Positions 1 to 13,514 of a DNA stretch of 64,000 bases are shown here, in pieces. Location of the stretch: assembly GCA_977016875.1 (NCBI GenBank), contig CDRNST010000194.1, positions 1,178,001-1,242,000 of the forward strand. The letters run 5' to 3'. Source of the DNA: Pavona decussata. Lineage: Eukaryota. Every line of letters begins with the position of its first letter. Position 1 is the first letter of the stretch. Below the pieces are notes generated by a model. It did no database searches. It was not told the origin of the DNA and saw only the letters and a program-made list of their open reading frames with translations. The position numbers were made by a program, and so were the translations under genes.

Positions 1-2307
1 ATAGCAATACTCCTACTTGCAGCATTGAAAAAAATCTCCATGTCTCATTCTCAATGTCATATCAAACGTTTAATACTTCACACTTTTATAGAATCAACTC
101 TGCATGCTGAATGAGTGCAAAATGCTCCACTGCCTGAAGAAAGGGGTGTTTTATAAGAATAATTGTCCAAACCCAGGATTGGGAAGAATGGCCTACAGCA
201 TTTACATTTCTTGTAGTCAGCTGTAGACACGCCAAGGTGGAAAAGGACAAAAATGAGAAATGTTAATTATTTTCAACATCCTAAACCGCAGGCAGTATAA
301 GGCTCTCTGTTCCTGTATAAAGGGCATTCAGTCAGTTCTCTCAGGCCAATTTCTGCATTAAACATGTCATACTAAATAGGTGAAAAAGTTTTCCTGCCTG
401 AGGAAAGGGGTGTTAAAAAAAGGACCTAAACCCAGAGTTGGGTAGAATGGCCCACAGCAATTACAACTCTTGTTGTGATGTATGGACTCGTCCAAAGCGG
501 GAATAGATGCACAATGAGAAATATTCTCTATTCTTTAGCATCCCAATCTGCAGCCAGTGAAAAGGCTCTGACTCTTTCCCTGTATACATGGTATTTATGA
601 AATTCTCACAGGCCAATTTCCACATTAAACACTGCATACTGAATAAGTGGCAATGTTTTACTTCCTGAGGAAAGGGATGTTTAAAAAGAAAAGGACCTAA
701 ACCCAGGGTTGGGTAGAATGGCCCACAGCAATTACAACTCTTGTTGTGATGTATGGACTCCGCCAAAGCGGGAATAGATTCTCTATTCTTTAACATCAAA
801 AACCACAGACAGTGAAAGGCCCTCTGGTCCTGCAAACAGCGGTCAGACATTTGGTTTGCTTTATGAATACCATTTAAGGAACAACTCTTACAAAAAAAAA
901 ACACTCACATGTTGAAGGCAAATTTATTTATTGTATTTGTGGTTTCCCTCTGGAGGTCTTCATTATATATCTCAAATTTCTGCCAACTGCACAATCTTCT
1001 GTTTTTTCTATGTTCTGGGAACTGGTCTCCTGATTTTTCTAGCTTGAGAAAAGCCTATGGTGCACTTATGAGAGGAGGCATGTAAACAAATGACAATCCT
1101 GAAAACTGAACTAACTGTATTTGTAATGCATAATTACTTAGTTGTTCCAATGCCTTGTTTGCAAGGCAGTTGTTGGCATTATCAAGGTGAAAGATGTAAT
1201 TGACACTGATTTTTAATTTGATAACTGAATCTATATTGCCCCTGTTCAAAATGCATACATCACTGTATCTTTTATCCCATGCATAAACAATGCAATTCTC
1301 CTGACTCATCACTTTTGTATTTCATATAACCTCTGAAAATTTGGCAGTTTTGCATGGTTGCCAATCAACGAAAAGGCGTCCTGTTTTTCTTCCAAGAACC
1401 TCCATATTCATGAGTTAAAACTATTAACCCCTATACAGGATCTATCATTTTAATTTTAATCGCTGGGACAGATTTAGTTCAAAAACCAGTCTAAGAAAGC
1501 AGCCTATTCTTTTTTTTCTTTGTTCAGTGAAATTCATAATAATCAAACTATTGCTTCCTGCATTCTCACTGCCAGGATGTTGTCAGTTAATTGTAATTTT
1601 TCTAAAATGACCATGCACTTGCCAACTATTTTTTGGTTGTTTTGCTTGAAACTGGAAAATGTTTTGCCACAAATGTCATCATCTATTGAAAAAATCTACA
1701 TGTTTTACCCTCAATGTTATATAAAAAGTGCAATATCTCATTATTTTATAGAATAAACACTGCATGCTTATTGAGTGCAAATTGCTTCATCGTCTGAGGA
1801 AAGAGATGTGTTAAAAGAATAATTATCCAAACCCAGGATTGGGAAGAACGGCCTACAGCAATCTTTATAGTCAACTGTAGACACAACCAAAGAGGAAAAG
1901 GACAAAAATGAAACATTGTTCCCTATTCTTCAACATCCCAATCTGCAGCCAGTAAAAGGCTCGTTGTTCCTGTAGAAAGGGAATTCATTCAGTTCTCACA
2001 GGCGAATTTCCAGACTAAACACTGCATACTGAAAAAGTAAAAAACCAAGCAGGCTTTATTGCCTGAGAAAAGTGATGTTTAAAAATAAAATCAAAGCACC
2101 TAAACCCAGAGTTGGGAAGAATGGCCCACAGCACTAGAACTTTTGTTGTGAACTATGGACTCGCCAAAGCGGGAATAGATGCGCATTGAGAACCATTGTC
2201 TCTTCATTAACATCACAAGCCACAGACAGTAAAAGGCTCTCTGGTCCTGCAAACAGTGGTCAGGCATTTGTCATGCTATACAATGCTCATTGAAGGTACA
2301 ACTCTGA

Positions 2308-2540
2308 GGAGGTGCGGTGGTGTAGTAGTAAGTGCGTCAGACTTTCACTTGGAGTGTCTGTGGTTCATGGCCAGGTTGGTCTCTTCATTGCTCTGTTGTT
2401 TCTTAAGACAAGAAACTTTGCTCCACATTGTCTCTCTTCACCCAGGTGTATAAATGGGTACTGGGGATATACCGCTGGTTGTAACCCTGAGATGGCCTAG
2501 CATCCCGTCCAGGGGGGAATAGCAATACTCCTACTTGCAG
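2308..2540 (+). mobile_element. tRNA-derived SINE (copy in repeat unit 1)
   Basis: tRNA-like head with A-box (GCGGTGGTGTAGTAGTAAG), followed by the body TCTCTTCACCCAGGTGTATAAATGGGTAC...CATCCCGTCCAGGGGGGA typical of invertebrate SINE2 families. Confidence 0.75.
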
Positions 2541-4825
2541 CATTGAAAAAAATCTCCATGTCTCATTCTCAATGTCATATCAAACGTTTAATACTTCACA
2601 CTTTTATAGAATCAACTCTGCATGCTGAATGAGTGCAAAATGCTCCACTGCCTGAAGAAAGGGGTGTTTTATAAGAATAATTGTCCAAACCCAGGATTGG
2701 GAAGAATGGCCTACAGCATTTACATTTCTTGTAGTCAGCTGTAGACACGCCAAGGTGGAAAAGGACAAAAATGAGAAATGTTAATTATTTTCAACATCCT
2801 AAACCGCAGGCAGTATAAGGCTCTCTGTTCCTGTATAAAGGGCATTCAGTCAGTTCTCTCAGGCCAATTTCTGCATTAAACATGTCATACTAAATAGGTG
2901 AAAAAGTTTTCCTGCCTGAGGAAAGGGATGTTAAAAAAAGGACCTAAACCCAGAGTTGGGTAGAATGGCCCACAGCAATTACAACTCTTGTTGTGATGTA
3001 TGGACTTGTCCAAAGCGGGAATAGATGCACAATGAGAAATATTCTCTATTCTTTAGCATCCCAATCTGCAGCCAGTGAAAAGGCTCTGACTCTTTCCCTG
3101 TATACATGGTATTTATGAAATTCTCACAGGCCAATTTCCACATTAAACACTGCATACTGAATAAGTGGCAATGTTTTACTTCCTGAGGAAAGGGATGTTT
3201 AAAAAGAAAAGGACCTAAACCCAGGGTTGGGTAGAATGGCCCACAGCAATTACAACTCTTGTTGTGATGTATGGACTCCGCCAAAGCGGGAATAGATTCT
3301 CTATTCTTTAACATCAAAAACCACAGACAGTGAAAGGCCCTCTGGTCCTGCAAACAGCGGTCAGACATTTGGTTTGCTTTATGAATACCATTTAAGGAAC
3401 AACTCTTACAAAAAAAAAACACTCACATGTTGAAGGCAAATTTATTTATTGTATTTGTGGTTTCCCTCTGGAGGTCTTCATTGTATATCTCAAATTTCTG
3501 CCAACTGCACAATCTTCTGTTTTTTCTATGTTCTGGGAACTGGTCTCCTGATTTTTCTAGCTTGAGAAAAGCCTATGGTGCACTTATGAGAGGAGGCATG
3601 TAAACAAATGACAATCCTGAAAACTGAACTAACTGTATTTGTAATGCATAATTACTTAGTTGTTCCAATGCCTTGTTTAAAAGGCAGTTGTTGGCATTAT
3701 CAAGGTGAAAGATGTAATTGACACTGATTTTTAATTTGATAACTGAATCTATATTGCCCCTGTTCAAAATGCATACATCACTGTATCTTTTATCCCATGC
3801 ATAAACAATGCAATTCTCCTGACTCATCACTTTTGTATTTCATATAACCTCTGAAAATTTGGCAGTTTTGCATGGTTGCCAATCAACGAAAAGGCGTCCT
3901 GTTTTTCTTCCAAGAACCTCCATATTCATGAGTTAAAACTATTAACCCCTATACAGGATCTATCATTTTAATTTTAATCGCTGGGACAGATTTAGTTCAA
4001 AAACCAGTCTAAGAAAGCAGCCTATTCTTTTTTTTCTTTGTTCAGTGAAATTCATAATAATCAAACTATTGCTTCCTGCATTCTCACTGCCAGGATGTTG
4101 GCAGTTAATTGTAATTTTTCTAAAATGACCATGCACTTGCCAACTATTTTTTGGTTGTTTTGCTTGAAACTGGAAAATGTTTTGCCACAAATGTCATCAT
4201 CTATTGAAAAAATCTACATGTTTTACCCTCAATGTTATATAAAAAGTGCAATATCTCATTATTTTATAGAATAAACACTGCATGCTTATTGAGTGCAAAT
4301 TGCTTCATCGTCTGAGGAAAGAGATGTGTTAAAAGAATAATTATCCAAACCCAGGATTGGGAAGAACGGCCTACAGCAATCTTTATAGTCAACTGTAGAC
4401 ACAACCAAAGAGGAAAAGGACAAAAATGAAACATTGTTCCCTATTCTTCAACATCCCAATCTGCAGCCAGTAAAAGGCTCGTTGTTCCTGTAGAAAGGGA
4501 ATTCATTCAGTTCTCACAGGCGAATTTCCAGACTAAACGCTGCATACTGAAAAAGTAAAAAACCAAGCAGGCTTTATTGCCTGAGAAAAGTGATGTTTAA
4601 AAATAAAATCAAAGCACCTAAACCCAGAGTTGGGAAGAATGGCCCACAGCACTAGAACTTTTGTTGTGAACTATGGACTCGCCAAAGCGGGAATAGATGC
4701 GCAATGAGAACCATTGTCTCTTCATTAACATCACAAGCCACAGACAGTAAAAGGCTCTCTGGTCCTGCAAACAGTGGTCAGGCATTTGTCATGCTATACA
4801 ATGCTCATTGAAGGTACAACTCTGT

Positions 4826-5058
4826 GGAGGCGCGGTGGTCTAGTGGTAAGCGCGTCAGACTTTCACTTGGAGGGTTGGTGGTTCATGGCCAGGTTGGTCT
4901 CTTCATTGCTCTGTTGTTTCCTAAGACAAGAAACTTTGCCAACATTGTCTCTCTTCACCCAGGTGTATAAATGGGTACTGGCGATATACTGCTGGTTGTA
5001 ACCCTGCAATGGCCTAGCATCCCGTCCAGGGGGGAATAGCAATACTCCTACTTGCAGC
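4826..5058 (+). mobile_element. tRNA-derived SINE (copy in repeat unit 2)
   Basis: GGAGGCGCGGTGGTCTAGTGGTAAGCGCGTCAGAC head and the same body as 2308-2540. Confidence 0.75.
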
Positions 5059-6899
5059 ATTGAAAAAAATCTCCATGTCTCATTCTTAAAGTCATATCAA
5101 AAGTTTAATACTTCACACTTTTATAGAATCAACTCTGCATGCTGAATGAGTGCAAAATGCTCCACTGCCTGAAGAAAGGGGTGTTTTATAAGAATAATTG
5201 TCCAAATCCAGGATTGGGAAGAATGGCCTACAACATTTACATTTCTTTCAGTCAGCTGTAGCCACGCCAAGGCGGGAAAGGAGAAAAATGAGAAATGCTC
5301 CCTATTTTTCAACATCCCAAACTGCAGCCAGTATAAGTCTCTCTGTTCCTGTATAAAGGGAATCTATTCAGCTCTCACAGGCCAATTTCTACATTTAACA
5401 TTAAAGTAAAGCCATCAGAGCAAAATTTGGAGAAAAGAGCCTGCATACTTCATAATTACATCCACAACAGCTTCGCTAGCTTTTGCGTTAGGAAATTTGA
5501 AGCTTTTCCTGCTCTGCTTCTACCTTAGATTGATTGTGCTCCACTTTGACAATGTCGTTTTTGAGGGACACATTACACATCATGCCAGTAAGGGTTGCCA
5601 CATGGAAATGTTGACAGGTGTTCATATTAATTACATTCACAGCTGATTTCTTGTTGATATGATGATTTTATTGTGGGCCTATTAAAACTCTAGGAATGCA
5701 ATAATTGATGCAGATTTTTATTGCAAATGCTGATGCCCTCTGTAAATGGAAGGGCTGGCGAGGCAACAGATGACAGACAGGAAAGTGAGTTCATGTAAAC
5801 TCTTGCAGATGCTCAAAAATTGTGGACTGACATGAAACCTAATGCTGAGGATTTAACACCATAGGTGTGGTTTGGTCTATTGCCAGTAGCTAGAAACAGT
5901 GTACAGAACATCACAGGTTTGATTCTCATCAGAAACCTAGATGTTTGTGGCTACTGCCTTTGATGTAAATAGACACTATATCACCATGTGTGACAGTAAG
6001 TTGGGTGGTCAATTTTCTGATTGTATTCAGAACTGTTGAATCAGAAAACTAACAGTTAAACAAGTCGGATGTGAGCACACAGTTTTGTTATAAAATAAAA
6101 CAACTTACAGATTTGTCCTAAATTGTTTTTCCCTTTGCAATAAGGATACATCTCCGTGGAACCCAGAATGGAAAGAAATCCCTGAAGAATGGCCAATCAA
6201 TGAAGTAGAGGAAATGGAGATCTTAAAAGCTATGAAAATACATTTTGTGATGGGCTTTGGAAGAGTCTACATTTTGCACTAACCTTGAAATCAAACCTTG
6301 GACTTGAAAGGATTTTACAAGACCCGAAAAATCACAGCGGAATATATATTTTTGTTTTAAATGTTGATATCCTTTTTAACAGCAGTCAATATTCAGCCAA
6401 AATACTTCAACTCCTGTAATCTGCCTCACAAAGCCATCTGAGTGTGGCTTTGAACAGAGACAAAGGATCTGCAAAAATTAAACGTGTGTTTCCACACACG
6501 CAATAAAATCCCAAGCTGTTTTACTCCTTAAAACATAGATATTGATTATTTGAATAACATTTTTGGCTGGAGAAGCTTTCATTATTCTTCCGTTGTTGAT
6601 TCGTGTTTACATTTAAGGACATTTCAACATTGACAATTTCTATGTTAAAGCCACTTGAAACTTGATATAAGCTTGCACAAGCAATTTTGGATAAATAATT
6701 TTACAACTGAAGTCATTCTAGATTTTCTTCATTACTTTGTTCTTTTGAGATCCCCTCATTATATTTGCTTGTGATCAGCAGTTGCCGTAACGTGACCGAC
6801 ATTATAGCCAAGATGAATCATAAACTTAACCTGGTTCTGACTAGGGTGGCAGAAATTGACAAGCATAAAAGAACAGCAAAAGTAGTTGGAGAAAGTAAA

Positions 6900-7330
6900 T
6901 ATTGATCTCCAAAAAAAGCTTTGTGTTTGCTCATGGGTCCATCGAAGCTTTGACTGAACGAGTTGACACTTAAGCAAAGACCAATTCTGAGCTCAGGAGA
7001 AAGGTGTGAACAACTTGACAGAAAGTGTGAACTTTAACAAGGAACAAGCAATTTAATTAGAAAGCCACAGTTGGAGAAACAGTTTAATATTTCATGGTAT
7101 TCCAGAAGAAAGAAATGAATCTAGTTCCAAGACTGAATCACTGCTTTACTCCTTTCTAGAAGACAACCTGAAGTAGAAGACGGCATTGACAGAATCTCGA
7201 TAGAACGTGCACGTGGTTTTGGTAAACATAACACAAATGGCAAGGAGCTACATCCAGTCATAGCAAAGTTTAGTTTCTACAAGAATACAAACTCACATTA
7301 TCTAGTGCCCATACTCTCGCTGGAACAGAC
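6900..7330 (+). pseudogene. Degenerate LINE ORF1 (L1 ORF1p RRM / Transposase_22-like) fragment
   Basis: Translates with frameshifts as HSWRNSLIFHGIPEERNES...LEDNLK / IDRISIERARGFGK...HPVIAKFSFYK, matching the R.N.L.f.GipE...I.RahR.g....rp.IakF pattern. Confidence 0.7.
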
Positions 7331-8547
7331 TTTCAGTTTGGATTTTAAGTCTTTCTTCTACGAGCTGTTACTACAGGTTTTCCAAACATTCACCAAATTT
7401 GCAAAGTGGTAATTTCCAACCCCATGTGCAGCAACGAAACTTACAGGGCAAAACAAAAACCAAAAAAAATGTACTTTAAAATTACTGATTATTGAATAAA
7501 ACACACTAGTAGCAAAGCAAAAATTTTCCAAAAAAAAAAAACCTTGAAAGTAAAAATGTGATCCTTACATCACATGGCTGAATTTGATCTGCTCGCCAGA
7601 GCACGTGTTTTTTTTTTACGCAATAGTGTGCAGGCGTCAAGTTTCAGCAACGAAAATAGAAAGGAAAACAGACAAAAAGCTTTCCTAAATAAAAATTTTA
7701 TTCAGGTTAGTCTTTGTTCAAGCCAGAGAAAAAAATGCATTTAGTTCTTAATGAAAGACGAGATACATGCAAGTGATTTGAAAGGACTACAAGTCTATTT
7801 CGAAGCAAATTATCTACGTGTGCAGAGCATGTTTTTTGAAAATTTGGTGAGAAGAATTAGTCAATTAGACTAGCACTAATTCACAATCAAATCTGTAATT
7901 TTCGGATAGTTCAATTCCCAGAAGAACTTGAGAATTACACAGAAAGTCCGTGAGTTAAGATGTCTGCTCGCCAGTCGGATTGGTAAAACTGCAATTTGTC
8001 CTCAAAGCATAATTTTTCCCGTTATTTCTCGGTTTTGGAACGTGGAAAATGTTGAGTACTGCTTTGTAGTTCTTCTTTCGATTTACCATTTTAAAAAGGT
8101 ATGTTTCGTTTGGAAAACATGAAAATCGGCAACTAAAAATGTAGGGGTCTGACCCGTGCGGCAACAAAACTGAAATTTGAGATCACCCTGACTACACAAA
8201 AACCAATTTTGTCTTAAATACAAGCAAGTCACAAAAGTTACGTAACACCTTCCCAGTCGGTCTGGTGCACGCTGATATTCTTGCTCGCCCTGCTCTTCTG
8301 CTGCTGATGTGGCCTTCCTAAACAGTCACAACAGCCAACAGTCCCATAAAATGACATTCTCACGTTGTTTTACTGGCTGGCATTTAAAATGGTATATTCC
8401 TGGATATGTCCATTGGAACGGGTCACCACAGAGCACCATCGGGCTACAAAATTCAGAGACAAATCTTCAAATTGTTCATTGGTAATACCCACAAGAAGAA
8501 CATATGTTCACCCAGCTATATCAATAAGGCCAGTAAGGCAACTCCAG

Positions 8548-10928
8548 ATCTATAAAACCTGCTTCAGTTGGGGTGACCCCCACCCCCCTCCTCCCGTGCT
8601 GCCTGAAGGAATGAGTGGTCTTGGGGTGCCAAGGAAAGCCACAGTATACCATGTCCTACCTTGCTTCCCTACCCCACCCTACAGACCCCAGGTTTCAAAG
8701 TGCCAAAGTCTCTGACAAATCTCTCCTGACTTGGATCAATCCTAACTGGAGTCCTGGTACAGTCCCTGAAATGGGAAATCAATTTGTGCCATGTGCATAC
8801 AGAAAGCAAGGATTAGAATTAGTGCATGAACATGAACATAAGTAAGAAGTTAGGATGAGCATTTCAAAAAGAGAAGGCCTAGGCATGTTTAAGTTGGCTT
8901 TAGCAATAGCAAAAGAACAAGGTTATAGAAAGGTTTAGTATTATGGTGAAGGTTAGAACACAAATTAATCACCTCAGGAGCAGACTCATATCCAGTGGCT
9001 ATATATGTGTTTTGTGGGATGAGAAGATTAGACAAGAGGATAGATTGAGGTGTGTGGGGTGTCATGGGAAGAGGCGCCTCAATTCATCGTCGTTAAGTTA
9101 GTCGTAAGTTATTGTAAGTACTGTAACGTGTGCGGTTAAAAAAAATACAAAAAAAGGAAAAAGACTGGGTATGAGTCTGCTTCAGGAGCTGTACAATTAC
9201 TTAGAATGATATCAATATTGAATTTCTACATTGGATCAGAGAAATATTTACTATTGCTCTGCTTTTTCAGTGAAAGCTTGGTTTAGAAAGGGGAGAAGAA
9301 GTGATGTGTTCCCTTTGTTGGCCTTCATTTTTGTATACAGTGGCCCTCAACCATTGCACTTGAAGCAATGAAATGACTCTGTACCACTTTACGATCTCTA
9401 GTAGACTTTACGAACATTGTGCAGATTGCTTGTTACACAGGACAGAACAGAAGGATTCTGTGAGGTTCCGGTTACTACTCAGTGTCTGTGTGACCTGCTC
9501 CAGGGGTGGTACTGCCACTGAATAAAAAGAACAGTAAGTTCTTTCTGTGAAATGTGATGATGAACTGTTCCACGACCAATGAATCCTCTTGTCCAGCAGA
9601 GCTCGGGACAATCTTCCAGATCTTGATGCACTGCAGAAGGTGAGTAGTAAGCTAAACAATGACTGAGTCAGAACTCCAGCAGTTCCAGACTGTGATGCTC
9701 AACATTAACATTAGTAACCATCCCCAGAGTGGCTAGACATTCACAACAGCACCTACTCGATCCTGTCACAGTCATCAGCAGCCTTTCCTGAGGGGAGAGA
9801 AGAAACTTCTAAAGGACTCCCGGAAAGGAGAACACTGAACTTTGAAACCGTTCCGGTCCAATCCATTTTGAAGTAAAGGATGGGGTTGTGGTTAGTCAGG
9901 ACTACAATTAGGAAGTTAGCGTTAGAAGTTATGGTCAATGTTATGCCTATTGCTAGGTTATTGGGTACCCATGGTTAGATTATCTAATCTAAAGGTTAAT
10001 GGTCCTAACTGTTATCCTAACTAACTACACTCCCACCCCCAACTGCAGAATTTAGAGAACTAGAACGGTTACAAAGTTCAGTGTTTTCCTTTCAGGATGT
10101 CCTCAAGAAGCCTCTTCTCTCCTCTCAGGAGAGGCTGCTGGTGACTATGACGGGATCAAGCAAGTGCTGTTGTGAACGCCTCTCTACAGCACTGGGAATG
10201 GTAACTGACGCAAAATGTTCAGCATCAAAGTCTTGAACTGCTAAAATTGTGACTTGGTCATTGCTCAGCTGACTGCTCGCCTCCTGCAGTGCATCAAGAT
10301 GTGGAAGATTGACCAGAGCTTTGCTGGCCAGGAGAATTCATGGGTAATGGAACAGCTCATCGTCACGAGCCATAGAAGGAACTGACTGTTCCTTTCATCA
10401 GGTAGCAGCACGACTCCTGGAACAGATGACAAAGTTACTACGCAGTACCCAGATCCTCACAGAATCTTTCTGTCCAATCCTGTGTAACAAGCAATCTGTC
10501 CAGTGTTTGTGAAGTCTCCCAGAGATTGTTCAGTGGTGCAGAGTCGTTTCGTTGCTACAAGTGTAACGGATGATGGCATGTCCTGTCAACCGTCCAGTAC
10601 TGTAAGGGTGAGGAAAGGAATACTAGACCCACTAGACTAAGGATAAGAGAATGCAGGCAAGAGGAAATATTTTTTGCCTCTTTTCAATGAAAGAAATGTC
10701 AACAGTGATACCATCCCTTGTGACCCTTAGCCAGAACTGAGCCAAGCCAAAGAGAGGTTGGTCGGAGACTTCGGTGCTTCAAGACCCAAGGTCTGTGGGG
10801 AAGAGAAGAGATGTGAGGTAGGGCGTGGCACATTGCAGTTTCCCATGACAACCCAGGATCGCTCATTCTTCCAGGAGGCACGCCCAACCCCCACCCCTCC
10901 CCACCCAACTGAAGCAGGTTTCATAGAT
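8548..10928. repeat. Large decayed inverted repeat (foldback-like element), centre ~9960
   Basis: 8548-~8750 matches the reverse complement of ~10725-10928 (ATCTATAAAACCTGCTTCAGTTGGG vs CCCAACTGAAGCAGGTTTCATAGAT). ~9351-9900 matches the reverse complement of ~10010-10570 (CAGATTGCTTGTTACACAGGA vs TCCTGTGTAACAAGCAATCTG). The arms carry many substitutions. Confidence 0.85.
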
Positions 10929-13514
10929 AATGGATTTGCCTTTGTAAGCCATTCATGCATTTGTTGCCATATTCTCAGAGAAGTGGACCCAGGCTACTCG
11001 TGGAGTAATTGGTGGTTTTTCAGCACATTTCTGTAAGAGTGGAGGGAGGAGATAAACGGCTGGTGGCATAAAATACTTCAGGTTCCAGACAAATATTCTG
11101 CAACATTCAATTGGAGTTGGTTTGCCATGACAGTTGAAAGGGTTAAGTTTTCCCTAAAAAGGACAATATTTGCGCCTTTAATTTGCAATCCATAAGGCTA
11201 TAATTCATATCTTAAAGCATAAGCATCTTTGGCAGAATGAACCCTATAACAAGTTCCCTTTCACAATCAAGTGTAGGTTTCCCTCTGTCATTTGGACTTC
11301 AGTCTAGAGTTTCCTGGGTTTTTTCTTGTTGTTTCTTCCCCTTCCCCCTATACAGAAGCCAATAACAAATGCATTATACAATAGCTGAGTGAACAAATGC
11401 TCTTCATTCCTCCAACCTCCACATGGAAATCACCAATGAGCATCATGATGTTCATATCAGGTACAATTATGCAAGATGTGTGATGGTGCCTGGAAATGCA
11501 TTTCTTTCATTACCATTAACACACAGGGTTGCCAGTAAGGGTCACAACTATTTACACTTATCATAGCTGAATGCTCATTATAGAACCTTGATGTTGCAGG
11601 TGATAGTGTCTGTATATGTTTGAATTTACCAGCCAGGCAACCCATTTTTTTAGAAGTTTGATGTTCAATCCAACATGCAGCTCCAAACTTCACGAGAGTC
11701 CTGAAAGGCAATCAGCTGGCCTGACAGTTCTTCACCTCTTACTTTTCAAAATGATATGCACTCAGAAAAATGAACCAGTGCCACAAGTATAACCTTAACC
11801 TAGTAGCAGCAAGAATAAATGAAAACTTAACCAAGCTTAAAATTTGCAATCATTCTTTGTTCACCAGCATCTTGCACTTTAACTTTTAACACTACTGATC
11901 CTAGTTGCATGCAGGATGTGTGTAATCTATACATACATGATTTTTATTTCTCTATGCTAGCCAAAAGAACCCATGCTGATTCTCAAATGGGATATAATAA
12001 ATAATATTAATAATTGGACTAATTATGTTTAAATTATTTCCATTGACTGATTGGGAACAAATGGCCTGATACGTTTTATGACCAGTGCTTGCTGTATTAT
12101 ACTTTTCAAGGTTGCAGCCTTAGAAAACTGAAAGTTAAGAGCCCAAGCCACATTGCTGGGAACCAGAATTAACTTTAGGACTTTAGTCTTTATAAAAGAC
12201 TCATTAAGAGTCCAAGGCATCGCTTTGTGATAAACGTGATGTAGTTCAATTGGAAATGTCACGCAAAGAGTGAATAAATAAAATAAAGCATAACATCACT
12301 AAGCATGTCATGTTTTTATGGCTACTGCCTTTTAGGAAGATAAGTAGCTACTATGTTACCGTGTTGTGCAAAAGTCAGTAAATCAAAAGCTTTCGGAATT
12401 GCAGAATTTACGAGAAGTTGGGTCGAGTTCACCACGACAGGTTGACGAGATCTCAGTCAGCTTTACTTATACGGAAGATCATTGCATTCAATTCACAATG
12501 GCTGTAGTGTCTTTTATGCGTGGCAATTTGTGGTTCTTGGAAGGAAAACACAGGTTTTCAATACAGGTTTTCAAGTAAATCAAAAGAACAACTTCTAAGG
12601 AACACTCGGCTGCTTAAAAAGAGGAAATCAGTGATTTCATAGTGAAGAAATTCCTGTGCAATCGTAAACAAGATCTGCAAATCATCACGTGAGCTGTAGA
12701 CATTCTCAGAAATTTTTGCGTTCTCCTGGGAATCCACTCTACAAAATACTACAGGTTTGAACGTGAATTTCACTTGCTTTCTGTTAAATTGATTGATTTG
12801 TCATATTTGAAATAGCTTTGGCGAAATTGTGGAAAAACGTACTCAGTTTAAAACAGTTGAGAAATTGTGCTTTAGTGACTCGCAGTTTGCTTAGATCGGT
12901 CGGCTTCATTCCAGGCGAAAATTGAATGAATTTGCTTTTCAAGCGTGAACACAGGTCTGTCTGAATAAGTTTTTCAATTAAGGAAGCTTATTGTCCATTT
13001 ATCTTGATTCATGGAATTTCTTCATCATGCGATAGCCAAACCATATCTATTACTGTCCCCTGTGTATTTAAGTGTAAACAAACCGAAATCCCTTAACACA
13101 ACCAAATTAACCTGCACAATTTTGGCATTGACTGGAGCTGTTCTTTCACCCCTCCAAATTTTATACAACATTGCTTTTTTACTACAATATTCAACAAAAA
13201 TAAAGCAGTAGCCACATGCAGTCATAGACTGCCTTTCCTGTAACCATGAAGTGCATCTCAGATAATGATGAAATTTGATGGAAAAGGGGATCCGGCGAAC
13301 ACCTTTCCACCCAAATTCCCTTATTTCCTCGGCTTTTTGTGACAGATGTTTTAGCTTTTTTACTAGTAACACGATATGGGTGCATGATTGCATCAAAACA
13401 CACACCTGTGAAATCCAACACGATCATTTTTGCTAAAAATAAATTAACTTGAGGACATATCAATTCAATTACGTTTATTTCCACTAGAACACCATTTTCC
13501 TTTGGTAGACTAGG

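Larger units (their letters stand above)
1..5400. repeat. Higher-order tandem repeat: ~2518-bp unit (1-2518, 2519-5035, partial third copy 5036-~5400), built from diverged ~265-bp monomers, a spacer and a SINE
   Basis: ATAGCAATACTCCTACTTGCAGC recurs at 1, 2519 and 5036. ORF pairs 461/2979, 1055/3573 and 1520/4038 are offset by exactly 2518 and are near-identical. An internal CCTGA(G/A)GAAAGGG-like motif recurs at about 134, 397, 664, 1793 and 2062. The window starts mid-unit. Confidence 0.95.

Noticed and set aside
2308-2380. tRNA gene (also 4826-4900 and ~51350-51390)
   Set aside because: There is no complete cloverleaf, and the sequence continues into SINE bodies.
461-4274. Duplicated 147/85/78-aa ORFs as genes
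   Set aside because: They are by-products of the tandem repeat, start at non-ATG codons and show no recognisable domain.
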